From positions 25,398 through 89,397 of IMG/VR virus record IMGVR_UViG_3300010158_000045: DNA of 64,000 nt; one strand, written 5' to 3'. Positions 20,159-28,819 of the stretch are shown here, piece after piece. The position numbers and the translations under genes are program-made. This DNA comes from a virus. The notes beneath the pieces were generated by a model that ran no database searches, had not been told where the DNA came from, and worked only from the letters and a program-made list of their open reading frames with translations. Within the stretch, counting starts at the first letter, position 1, and the number at the start of each line of letters is the position of its first letter.

Positions 20159-20294
20159 CTTTCTTTCCTGTACAATCACACTCTCTGCCTTGTCTGCAAT
20201 TACCAGTACAAGCCGAATTATTGTCAGGAGTCATAATCATTATAACTCCTACTAATACTGCTACCATAAGTAATGCTATTAACATGGTTAACAT
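20151..20294 (-). CDS. Small membrane protein with Cys cluster (not in ORF track)
   Basis: Manual translation: MLTMLIALLMVAVLVGVIMIMTPDNNSACTGNCRQGRECDCTGKKDD; fills the gap between queE and the next gene. Confidence 0.55.
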   Translation of the reverse strand: MLTMLIALLMVAVLVGVIMIMTPDNNSACTGNCRQGRECDCTGKKDD

Positions 20295-21146
20295 TTAGGT
20301 ACCCCATTCGTTTTTAAAGAGTGGCACTTGTAAACGATCGCTATAACGCCAACCACGTTTCATGGCCGCCAATGCTACATTCTTAGCGTTCAATGTATAA
20401 ACGCTTTCAACACCGCCAACTGGCATCAAATATACATGGCCTTTAAATCCTGCAGAACGAAATGCGCCTACTGCACATTCTGCATCTGCAATATCTTGTT
20501 CTGTTGCTACAACAAATTTAAGATATGCGGTTCCTACTTCTTCATACTCACAAACAATTTCAGGACAAATAGCTTCTTCCCACTTTTCGCCGCTTGCTGG
20601 AAGTTTAGCACTTACGCTAAATGTAATCTCACGTTTATGTCTTGGAAGACCGTTCCATACGCTTAGATAATGCTTAAATTCTTGTGTAAGTTTTTGAGTG
20701 CCATTTGTTTCAAATGTAATTTCTTTTAAGCCTTTCATCTTAGGGTTGTCTAACAAATCTGGATAGGCACGTTGCCAACCAAGCAACGGTTCACCACCTG
20801 TGATGACAAGATGTTCATCTACCCATGTGCCATGGGGAATAATTTCACAAATACGATCTGCAATAGCGTCTGTAGTTAGCATTGGACTTAGATCTTTAAA
20901 ACGTGGATCCCAACTAGCATAGCTATCGCACCCTGTGCTTACTAATGGCAAATCTTCATATTTGTTAAACATATGAACAACTTCGGCAATATCTTCTGCT
21001 TCCGTGCTTAGTTCACCACGAGGCATACCAAATCCTGCACATTTAAAGTTACAACCAAATGTACGTAAGAAAACAGACGGTACACCCATGTAACGTCCTT
21101 CACCTTGTATACTATAGAATAATTCTGCTATCTTAATCTTACTCAT
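20295..21146 (-). CDS. queE: 7-carboxy-7-deazaguanine synthase (radical SAM)
   Basis: ELFYSIQGEG, VFLRTFGCNFKC...GCDS, VITGGEPLL, ETNGT, SDRLQ motifs. Confidence 0.9.
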   Translation of the reverse strand: MSKIKIAELFYSIQGEGRYMGVPSVFLRTFGCNFKCAGFGMPRGELSTEAEDIAEVVHMFNKYEDLPLVSTGCDSYASWDPRFKDLSPMLTTDAIADRICEIIPHGTWVDEHLVITGGEPLLGWQRAYPDLLDNPKMKGLKEITFETNGTQKLTQEFKHYLSVWNGLPRHKREITFSVSAKLPASGEKWEEAICPEIVCEYEEVGTAYLKFVVATEQDIADAECAVGAFRSAGFKGHVYLMPVGGVESVYTLNAKNVALAAMKRGWRYSDRLQVPLFKNEWGT

Positions 21147-21369
21147 TATCATCTCTTTCTAAAAACTGTGATACTTGATGCTCTGCGTCTTGAATACTTT
21201 CAGCCCAAACTGTAAATGTAGCAATGCCTTTACTAGCACTAATATCAAACGGAACAGTACCTTGAGGCAACCAGTTATCACCTACTTCACGTTTAATCTC
21301 AAACTTATTTAGGTCTGTAGTTTTCATACGATAAATTAATTCGTCAGTTAGTTGTTTTGCTGTTTCCAT
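21139..21369 (-). CDS. Hypothetical protein
   Basis: 76 aa ORF overlapping neighbours. Confidence 0.5.
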   Translation of the reverse strand: METAKQLTDELIYRMKTTDLNKFEIKREVGDNWLPQGTVPFDISASKGIATFTVWAESIQDAEHQVSQFLERDDNE

Positions 21370-21700
21370 TTTCTTCCCTAAATTTATCCGAATCTTCTAC
21401 AGCATTCAATAACACGTGGGCATAGTTGAAAGCCTGTTGGCGTGTTAAATGAACAGTGGATTCTGTGTCAACATATCCTTTGGTAATTAAGGTCCAAATA
21501 TGATACCATCGTGTTTTACTCCACCAGTTTGTTTTGCCTGTAGTATAGACTGTTACAACAACATCGCTCGCATCTGTTTCAACCCACACATTATGATTGT
21601 GATCTTCATCTCCACAATTACAGGCAATTCGATAAACTCGACTATCGCCCCAGTCGTTTGTTTTCATAATGCCTTCGGCAGGTATTTGTATTACTCTCAT
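21344..21700 (-). CDS. Hypothetical protein with CxC..HxH motif
   Basis: 118 aa; IACNCGDEDHNH possible metal site. Confidence 0.55.
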   Translation of the reverse strand: MRVIQIPAEGIMKTNDWGDSRVYRIACNCGDEDHNHNVWVETDASDVVVTVYTTGKTNWWSKTRWYHIWTLITKGYVDTESTVHLTRQQAFNYAHVLLNAVEDSDKFREENGNSKTTN

Positions 21701-22461
21701 TTTGAAGCATACTCCTGTTGCATTTTAATGTTGTCAAAGAATTCTTTCTTTGTGCCATGATCGTCTTTGAACGCACCTTTAAGTACAGTAGTCTGCGTTA
21801 AACTACTCTTGGCCATAATGCCACGATTCTCACAACATCCATGTACTGCTTGTACATACACACCTAAGTCTCTTGCACCTGTTGCTTTTTGGATTTCGCG
21901 GGCAATGTCGTTACACAATTCTTCTTGTAGTGTTCCTCTGCGAGCACACCACTGGGCAATACGTGTATACTTAGATAAGCCAATAAGTTTTTCAGCCGCA
22001 ATAATACCAATGTAAGCAACACCAACAACGGGCTGATGATGATGACTGCACATAGAACGAAGCTCACTACGTACAACCAACATGCCTTCATAACGGTCTG
22101 CTGAATCGTTTGGAAACGCTGTTGCGTCTGGTGCTGGATCATATCTACCTTCCATGATTTCATTAAAGTACATTTTAGCAAGACGCTTTGCAGTGCCCTT
22201 ACTATTAGGATCATTTTCTCTGTCAATAAGCAATGCATCTAAAACTTTTTCAAATGCTTCTGTAGCTTCTTTGATTAAAATGTCCTTGGCACCTTCATGC
22301 AAGTATTCGCTAATATTGTCGCCTGCCCAGAATCTTTTGCCATCACGTTTCATTTTAAAACGGATGTTATCTCCTAAGTATGCTTCTTTATAGTTTTTGT
22401 CGTCATCGCCTTGTTGTTCAGCGCCTGCAAGAATGTTGTTGTGTGTTTGGGATTCAGTCAT
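21697..22461 (-). CDS. folE: GTP cyclohydrolase I
   Basis: SMCSHH, IGLSKYTR, LQEEL, HGCCENRG motifs. Confidence 0.95.
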   Translation of the reverse strand: MTESQTHNNILAGAEQQGDDDKNYKEAYLGDNIRFKMKRDGKRFWAGDNISEYLHEGAKDILIKEATEAFEKVLDALLIDRENDPNSKGTAKRLAKMYFNEIMEGRYDPAPDATAFPNDSADRYEGMLVVRSELRSMCSHHHQPVVGVAYIGIIAAEKLIGLSKYTRIAQWCARRGTLQEELCNDIAREIQKATGARDLGVYVQAVHGCCENRGIMAKSSLTQTTVLKGAFKDDHGTKKEFFDNIKMQQEYASK

Positions 22462-22479
22462 TATTACTCCTATGTTTGT

Positions 22480-22508
22480 ATTATATAGGTTTATTTAGGT
22501 TTTTGCAA
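22480..22508 (-). promoter_or_regulatory. sigma70-like promoter TTGCAA-17-TATAAT with nested TAAATA
   Basis: Upstream of the folE RBS (AGGAG). Confidence 0.6.
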
Positions 22509-22520
22509 GATATTTTATAC

Positions 22521-22733
22521 TCAAAGTTTGTCGCTTAACAAAATTTTGCATAATTGATAATCTTTTTTTGATTTAAAACGGAATAGCATACAATCATCAT
22601 AGGGATGACTGGTAAAACGATCACCAGGTAATCCAAATATTTCCACGACATCCGCACACACTTCATTCCACCAATACTTGTCTTGGTTTGCCCAGTTTAA
22701 TCTAATTTCGTAAACTGAATCAACTGTTTCCAC
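22521..22733 (-). CDS. Hypothetical protein
   Basis: 70 aa ORF. Confidence 0.5.
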   Translation of the reverse strand: METVDSVYEIRLNWANQDKYWWNEVCADVVEIFGLPGDRFTSHPYDDCMLFRFKSKKDYQLCKILLSDKL

Positions 22734-22887
22734 GTTGTTCGGCTTCTTTAAGTTGATCTTCTAAATATTCTAAATATTGACCTAATATTCCGGCTTGTTT
22801 AGGATTTCCATCGGCATTTAATCTAGCTATATCTTGATTAGCTTGATCAATTTTATCTTTGAGTTCTGGTACAGTTAGGTCTCTCAT
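22720..22887 (-). CDS. Small hypothetical coiled-coil protein (not in ORF track)
   Basis: Manual translation: MRDLTVPELKDKIDQANQDIARL...EQRGNS, 55 aa; ATGA overlap with upstream gene. Confidence 0.5.
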   Translation of the reverse strand: MRDLTVPELKDKIDQANQDIARLNADGNPKQAGILGQYLEYLEDQLKEAEQRGNS

Positions 22888-23087
22888 TTACCAGTTCCAA
22901 ATTTGATTAAAGAACCGCTGAACAATATATTAAATGCCGCCCACGTTTCCCAAGTTAATGATATTTTCAGTGCTGGAAATAAAGTATTCAAAGCCCAAAT
23001 TCCCAAAATAGGACCAAGTGCAATAGCAATTACAATAAATGCTATTCCGAAACTAAGTTTAAGTAAACTTCCTGTTAATGTACTCAT
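22884..23087 (-). CDS. Small membrane protein
   Basis: MSTLTG... with two hydrophobic segments; ATGA overlap with the PRTase gene. Confidence 0.55.
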   Translation of the reverse strand: MSTLTGSLLKLSFGIAFIVIAIALGPILGIWALNTLFPALKISLTWETWAAFNILFSGSLIKFGTGK

Positions 23088-23572
23088 AGCCAAAATTCCT
23101 CCCAAGGATAAACTAGCCAACAATCTTCTTCTGCCTTGTTGACTTCCCATACAGAGTAATCAACAATTTCTTTACTAGCTAGATTATTAGTTAGCGTAGC
23201 AAAACGAACGGTGTTATGAAATGTAGTATCCCAGCGAATTGCACTGGGCAATGCACTTGACTGCCAATCTTTTTTAATCCAAGCAATAGTAGTGCCTTGA
23301 TCGTTAATATCGTCTACTACCAGTATGTTTTTTCCGTCGTATGCATCTTCGGCCATGCCGCAATTACTAACGGTAGATCCACCATCACGTAAACTAATAT
23401 CTACAGTTTGCATTGGTACTTGCATGTAGTGACTTAGCATGGTTGCAGGAATAAGACCTCCACGCCCGATGCCTACAATATAGTCAGGACGCCAATTGCT
23501 AGAACTAATTTGCCTAGCAATATCCAAACAAGCACCTTCTACTTGAGACCAAGTATAATAGATCTTTTTCAT
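23084..23572 (-). CDS. Type I phosphoribosyltransferase (xanthine/guanine PRTase-like)
   Basis: IVGIGRGGLIPA, PRPP motif ILVVDDINDQGTT, WLVYPWE. Confidence 0.9.
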   Translation of the reverse strand: MKKIYYTWSQVEGACLDIARQISSSNWRPDYIVGIGRGGLIPATMLSHYMQVPMQTVDISLRDGGSTVSNCGMAEDAYDGKNILVVDDINDQGTTIAWIKKDWQSSALPSAIRWDTTFHNTVRFATLTNNLASKEIVDYSVWEVNKAEEDCWLVYPWEEFWL

Positions 23573-23799
23573 GCTGTTAATGCAGATGCCAATGTTGCCA
23601 TTTCTTCTTTAGTCATGAAAAAATTGTATACAGCACTATCAGTAACTTCGCCATCTTTTATTGATTGTTGTTCTAAATCAACACTAAACAACCCTTTTGG
23701 TCTAAGTACTTCGTGCTTTTTTAATACAAGGCGAAAACCCTCGTGATCTTTAATAACTGTTTCAGTATAGGTATCTCTAATTGACTCATGCAACATCAT
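23569..23799 (-). CDS. Hypothetical protein
   Basis: ORF starting MMLHES with GGAG RBS. Confidence 0.5.
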   Translation of the reverse strand: MMLHESIRDTYTETVIKDHEGFRLVLKKHEVLRPKGLFSVDLEQQSIKDGEVTDSAVYNFFMTKEEMATLASALTA

Positions 23800-24187
23800 C
23801 TTCTCCTTTAATTGCTTCAAATGTTCTATATTTGCCCAAAGCCTGAATGTATTCGTCATACAACTTCTTTAGCTTTGGATGCTTCTTTTCAAGTTTAACA
23901 TCTCTTTCAGGAATTTGCAAGACCTTTTCGATTGTGTTTAACCGTTCTTCTAAATCGCGCCCGTTGATAACCATGTTACCTTTGACTTCTATTGTAGGAG
24001 GATTGGTTTGATTAATTTTCAGTGCTTCGTTTGGAACTGCTGTAGCGCCGGTAGTCCATATTGCATTGGTACTAGTACCGGCACCCGATATTAGATACTG
24101 TCCAGAAGTTCCAGTTGTGGTTGTAGGAATGGAAACATACCCTGGTGCCGAAGTTCCGTTAGATTGTGTTGTTATGAAGGCCGGCAT
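23786..24187 (-). CDS. Hypothetical protein
   Basis: T/G-rich N-terminus; C-terminal HPKLKKLYDEY helix resembling that of 24622..25038. Confidence 0.55.
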   Translation of the reverse strand: MPAFITTQSNGTSAPGYVSIPTTTTGTSGQYLISGAGTSTNAIWTTGATAVPNEALKINQTNPPTIEVKGNMVINGRDLEERLNTIEKVLQIPERDVKLEKKHPKLKKLYDEYIQALGKYRTFEAIKGEDDVA

Positions 24188-24656
24188 GCTTTCTATCGCT
24201 TAAATATTTTTCAAAGTGAATCCATTTATCTTTAACAATAAATCCCCACTCGCGTTGACGTTTACCAACAAAGAACAATGTCCAAGGAGTTACACCTTCT
24301 TTAAGTTCAATGCGATGGAACGTATGTGTATTTCCAAAACGGAAACTACCTGGGCCACGCCAGATTCTTACTTCGCAATTCTTTGTACCATCTGGATTAA
24401 ATTGTGCGATCCATTCATAGTAACCACCTGCAAGGATAATAGTAAAATAGTTCCAAGGATGATCATGCACATCATCTGGATCTGACTTTAAGAATTTATG
24501 TAAAAATACGTTGTATGGAAATGTCACACGTTCTTTGAACAGAACATAGTAACGCTCTAAGTATGGTTCGTTTTCTGTACGATCCATAATAATACGTTTG
24601 CGGTCATGGCGCTCAAGCCAATTAAGGACGTGGTCTTTGATCTTCTGGAGTATCAT
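24159..24656 (-). CDS. Cupin-fold (dioxygenase-like) protein
   Basis: LHKF...HDHPW...GGYYE...HRIEL metal-binding cupin pattern. Confidence 0.7.
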   Translation of the reverse strand: MILQKIKDHVLNWLERHDRKRIIMDRTENEPYLERYYVLFKERVTFPYNVFLHKFLKSDPDDVHDHPWNYFTIILAGGYYEWIAQFNPDGTKNCEVRIWRGPGSFRFGNTHTFHRIELKEGVTPWTLFFVGKRQREWGFIVKDKWIHFEKYLSDRKHAGLHNNTI

Positions 24657-25038
24657 AGTGGTCTTTCACTAATTTGTAAGTTGTTTTAAATTTTTCGTAT
24701 GCTATTTTTAAGCCAGGATATTCTTCGCACATTTTTTCAATTCTGGAAAACTCCGGAAAACAATTAACCCATTCTTCTGGCAAATTAATTCTAAAATTAG
24801 ATGTATCAATACTAATGCCGCCAATACCAGTAGACAATGTACTAATTTGCGTAGTAGTCAATGTTGGAATAGTATAACTAGTACCAGAGACATAGCAGTG
24901 ATTATTCAAAGTGATGGTATCACAGGAACTAAAACTATACCCTGGAGAGGTAATTGTTATGGTATCACTACCATGACAACTACTAGCATAATCAGTTGAG
25001 CTGGGCCAACAGGTTGTTTGCGGAGAAGAAGTTGTCAT
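24622..25038 (-). CDS. Hypothetical protein
   Basis: S/T-rich N-terminus; EEYPGLKIAYEKF C-terminus. Confidence 0.55.
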   Translation of the reverse strand: MTTSSPQTTCWPSSTDYASSCHGSDTITITSPGYSFSSCDTITLNNHCYVSGTSYTIPTLTTTQISTLSTGIGGISIDTSNFRINLPEEWVNCFPEFSRIEKMCEEYPGLKIAYEKFKTTYKLVKDHYDTPEDQRPRP

Positions 25039-26092
25039 GTAAATCCTTTGTTTGTTTACGTATGGCAGGTATCCTTGTAGAATAATTGTCCATGTGTTCT
25101 ATTATTGCACGGCATAAATCTGGTCTGTAAACTGTGTATGTGTCATAATCGTTGGTCCATACGCTGGGATATTTGAATGTGTCGTAATACATTTCAGTAT
25201 AACTTAAACGATCCGGAACCATGGGAATAGCATCAACTACCGCACCTTCATAGCAACTAATACCGAGTGTCTCTTGTAAATTTGCACTAAACACCATTTT
25301 AGCTTCACCTAACAAATTATGATATTCATTTTTTGTTAGCTGTTGATCCTGACATACTACAAATTCGTACTGTGGTAAATGATGTGCTAGATCTCTAAAG
25401 ATTTCAACTTGCTTTTCTGGAGCAATACGATGCGGAAAAAGAATAAGGTCACGTTTAGGCATGCCTTTATACATGGCCAGGGTATCATGCATATATTCCA
25501 TTGGCCAACCAGTTCGTACAATCTTAGAATATTCTCCGCTTAGTATTTCGGAAAGTTCTTCTTCGTACCAAGGATTTTCAGCAGTAGAACCATTGTTTAA
25601 TAATTCTCTGTTGAATAATTCAATATGAAAATCTGTAGCAAAGTAGTTGTGATCAAATGCAGAGAAAAAACTCTTTTCTGCATTACGTACCCAGGGCTTG
25701 TTGCCAACCAGTCGACCTAAAAAGTCTTGTGGGTCATAACTGCCGGCATGCCATAGTCCGTGTGTTGTTACTGGAATGCCTAGTAGCTCACTCATGTACT
25801 TTAAGTTTATAATGCCCGGATGCCAAGCGTCAGTAAAAATAAAGTGGTCGCCGGGATGAACGGATCCGCTACAAAATAACCGACCCATTTGTTCAACTTG
25901 AGCAGACTTGTATATATTGGTGCCACCAAAATTAAGAAAAGCACCAGGAGTAGTGGCTGTAGGAATATCCGTAGGGCCAGAGATAATTTGAACATTGTGT
26001 CCTGCCTTTCGTAAGAGTGCAGGTACATGAGCCTTCCACTGGCCCGTGTACCTTGTTTCAACAGCTTCTAGATCAACTAAGAATACGTTCAT
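24992..26092 (-). CDS. GT-B-fold glycosyltransferase
   Basis: HAGSYD, FPHRIAPEKQ, SANLQETLGISCYEG (ExxGxxxxE), VPDRLSY. Confidence 0.8.
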   Translation of the reverse strand: MNVFLVDLEAVETRYTGQWKAHVPALLRKAGHNVQIISGPTDIPTATTPGAFLNFGGTNIYKSAQVEQMGRLFCSGSVHPGDHFIFTDAWHPGIINLKYMSELLGIPVTTHGLWHAGSYDPQDFLGRLVGNKPWVRNAEKSFFSAFDHNYFATDFHIELFNRELLNNGSTAENPWYEEELSEILSGEYSKIVRTGWPMEYMHDTLAMYKGMPKRDLILFPHRIAPEKQVEIFRDLAHHLPQYEFVVCQDQQLTKNEYHNLLGEAKMVFSANLQETLGISCYEGAVVDAIPMVPDRLSYTEMYYDTFKYPSVWTNDYDTYTVYRPDLCRAIIEHMDNYSTRIPAIRKQTKDLHDNFFSANNLLAQLN

Positions 26093-26343
26093 TGTTGATA
26101 ACGATTATTTCCACTGCGGTTGTATTCCCCGCGAGGTTTGCGATCGCCTACAAAAGGCTTCTTAGGACGATTACGTTTTTCGTAATTACGCCATGCCCAA
26201 CTTTCTCTGTTGTAGAGGTCCGCTTCGTTAAACGGAAACATTTCCAACCTACAATAATCCAAATAAGATTCTAAATCGTCAAAGATTTTAACGACGTCTG
26301 GGCGGTTTTCGAAATATGCGTAATCTTTGTAATTCTTAGCCAT
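26089..26343 (-). CDS. Hypothetical protein
   Basis: 84 aa ORF with AAGGA RBS. Confidence 0.6.
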   Translation of the reverse strand: MAKNYKDYAYFENRPDVVKIFDDLESYLDYCRLEMFPFNEADLYNRESWAWRNYEKRNRPKKPFVGDRKPRGEYNRSGNNRYQQ

Positions 26344-26354
26344 TATAGCTTTCC

Positions 26355-26750
26355 TTAATATTTAATAAACGAACCATTTTCTCCGTCTTCGGAGACTTCA
26401 ATCCAAACCTCTCGGTTGGGATACTTTAGTGCGATGATGGTATGTAAATCATCTGACATCATCTCACAACTCTTGTAGTCAAGGCTTAGAACGGCACCTT
26501 GACCATTATACAGCGACTCGAGCCATCGTTTGAACTGGATAAACTCGATGTCCCTGTCATTGTGTTGCACACTGATCCACACCCTGAAATGAAAGATATG
26601 ACGGTGAGGATTAGCAAGAAACGACACATCATATTCATCTCCTGTTGCTAGGTTAGGATCTGTTGCCGCCGCTGGGTAGCAATGAATACCTTCCTTGCGC
26701 AAGGTAACCCAGATCATTTTGTTAGGTCTAATGTCTTGTTTAATAATCAT
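26355..26750 (-). CDS. QueD-like T-fold protein, probable DpdL-type CDG decarboxylase
   Basis: EGIH..., LANPHRHIF (LxxxHRHxF in place of QueD CxxxHGH), SCEM, VSEDGENG. Confidence 0.7.
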   Translation of the reverse strand: MIIKQDIRPNKMIWVTLRKEGIHCYPAAATDPNLATGDEYDVSFLANPHRHIFHFRVWISVQHNDRDIEFIQFKRWLESLYNGQGAVLSLDYKSCEMMSDDLHTIIALKYPNREVWIEVSEDGENGSFIKY

Positions 26751-26751
26751 A

Positions 26752-27408
26752 TTATACTTTCTTTAAGCGTTGTAGTGGGTAATCGGGAACAAACAAACCG
26801 TCTATAAAAAATACTAAAGTCAATCTTCCTGTATCTTCAATACCGTGATAGTCGTCTGCCGCATGGTACAAATGACTATCAAACATTACTAATCTATTGA
26901 ATTTATTTTTAACTGTAATAGATTTAGTAAACTGATCGTTGTTTTCTTTTCTAAATTTTTCAAACGCATCTGCCGAATCGGGATCCATGAAAGACTGCAT
27001 TTTTTCTTTGTGATTTAACAGTTCAGTTGCTTCCTTGTTAGATTCCCAAATAGTAGTTCCACTATCTAAATCAGACTCTGGATCAAGATAGATAATACCT
27101 GTAATCTTATCTAGATCTTTATGTACCCAACCTTGATTATAGCGTCTATCTACCATTTGGAATCCAGCAGTAGCATGCCATTTTACTTCGGTGTGTGTAT
27201 GATGAAAATCGTAAAACACACTTAATGATCGCATAATAATGTGGTTAAGTAGTGCAGGATCGATATCGTTAAGCAATGCTGTACGCTTACCAGGCCACAG
27301 GTTATGTGGATCTGTTTTAAATTCCTGCTGTAATGCAAATTCTCTAACCTTCATAGGGTTATCAAAGAAGTCATCCACAACTGTAGTTGGAATAATATAA
27401 TTCTTCAT
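26752..27408 (-). CDS. 2OG-Fe(II) oxygenase-like protein
   Basis: VVDDFFDNP, WPGKRT, WVHKD (HxD), GIIYL, SGT, NRLVMFDSHLYH, RLTLVFF. Confidence 0.75.
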   Translation of the reverse strand: MKNYIIPTTVVDDFFDNPMKVREFALQQEFKTDPHNLWPGKRTALLNDIDPALLNHIIMRSLSVFYDFHHTHTEVKWHATAGFQMVDRRYNQGWVHKDLDKITGIIYLDPESDLDSGTTIWESNKEATELLNHKEKMQSFMDPDSADAFEKFRKENNDQFTKSITVKNKFNRLVMFDSHLYHAADDYHGIEDTGRLTLVFFIDGLFVPDYPLQRLKKV

Positions 27409-27923
27409 GCAATAACAGTGTCTTGTGTATACTGATCCCAATGAGTATACTTGTCTTTACTCATCAAGCTCTGTAAGTGATGTGTCCACACACCTGGATT
27501 TGTAGCACCCCAAGTGCGGTCGTCCAGTTTAAGAGTGGCATTGTAGTTGAGTTGATTAATGTAAGGTAGTTTAACACTGATCATGGGAACAAATCGAGGA
27601 TACTCATTATAAGCAGACTCTAACACACCCTCAATATGTTCAACACCAAAGTCTAAACTAACCCAATAGTCTTTCTTCAAGCATTCTAGGATAACATCAT
27701 CCCACGGTCTGTATTCTGCTTGTGATATTGCCTTAGGGTTAAAACTTTGACTAGTGCCAAAATAGATATGTTTTACTTTGCTTTCTTCAGCTTTTGTAAG
27801 AATTTCTTTTATAGGTGGTGTACCTACAACAAACAATGTAAACATGCCATGACACACAGTATGTTCAACTTCATACCCTGTAAAGTAAACGACGCCTTGT
27901 CGTTCTTCAGTGTTTAGTCCCAT
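27405..27923 (-). CDS. Hypothetical protein of the deazaguanine locus
   Basis: MGLNTE...; TLFVVG, HIYFG, TNPGVW; function unknown. Confidence 0.6.
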   Translation of the reverse strand: MGLNTEERQGVVYFTGYEVEHTVCHGMFTLFVVGTPPIKEILTKAEESKVKHIYFGTSQSFNPKAISQAEYRPWDDVILECLKKDYWVSLDFGVEHIEGVLESAYNEYPRFVPMISVKLPYINQLNYNATLKLDDRTWGATNPGVWTHHLQSLMSKDKYTHWDQYTQDTVIA

Positions 27924-28819
27924 TTGATATAACCTCTGCTGTAACCACACGGACGATTAACGCCGTCCGCAAACGCTTGTTGCCATTCAGTGTTACGATT
28001 ATAACACCGGGTCCAAAAACTATCAACCTCTAGATAGCCTTTTTCAATCCAATACTTGGCAAAATGCATACAATCAATAAATTGAGGATTTCGGGGACTA
28101 GGTTTAATAGTAGTAACGGCTTTCCAAAGTTGTGACTGGGCTTCTGATTTACTAACTGCTTTGCCTACTCCGTCTATAATCAACGCATTGTTATTTAGAT
28201 TTATTTCTGTGCCTAGTTCGTATTTTCCAGTAAGGTCTACAACAACATCGTAACTTTCGCTGGTACCTAACAATAATTTATCGCCCCAAAGTTCTTGATT
28301 ATTTGAACCTAGCACATCCACATGATAGATATAACCGTTTAGACGCATGGTATGATAGGCAACCCACGCAAGAAATCCACTGCCAATAATTAACATTCTT
28401 GTATTGTCGTTTTTGCCTTGTCGCGACTCCAATTGATCTTTGGCCTGATTGATAAGATTAATGCCGCAAGCAACGGGTTCTAATATATACTTGGGATCAG
28501 CTTCTGGTATTTCTACATATTCATCCATGCGCACATTGTAATAGTCTGCATAAGCAGGCTCTCCACGTGTTGCTACATAGTCTCCAACTCGAGTTGTTAC
28601 TACATTTGATCCAACTTTAGTTACTCGGCCAATACCTTCATGGCCTTGCATGTGTAGAGGTAACGGGCCAAAGTCTCCCAACATCATATCAATGTCACTG
28701 CGACATACACCGGTCATAACTGCCTTGACTTCTATTTCGTAGGATGTTGGTTCGGGTTTATCAAACTCCACTTCTTCAAAGTGGCCTTGACCTGTTGTTT
28801 GTAAACATTTAACTTTCAT
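27914..28819 (-). CDS. Zn-dependent medium-chain dehydrogenase/reductase
   Basis: GVCRSD and GHEGIG catalytic Zn ligands, EPVAC, IIGSGFLA Rossmann motif; lacks the 4-Cys structural Zn lobe. Confidence 0.85.
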   Translation of the reverse strand: MKVKCLQTTGQGHFEEVEFDKPEPTSYEIEVKAVMTGVCRSDIDMMLGDFGPLPLHMQGHEGIGRVTKVGSNVVTTRVGDYVATRGEPAYADYYNVRMDEYVEIPEADPKYILEPVACGINLINQAKDQLESRQGKNDNTRMLIIGSGFLAWVAYHTMRLNGYIYHVDVLGSNNQELWGDKLLLGTSESYDVVVDLTGKYELGTEINLNNNALIIDGVGKAVSKSEAQSQLWKAVTTIKPSPRNPQFIDCMHFAKYWIEKGYLEVDSFWTRCYNRNTEWQQAFADGVNRPCGYSRGYIKWD

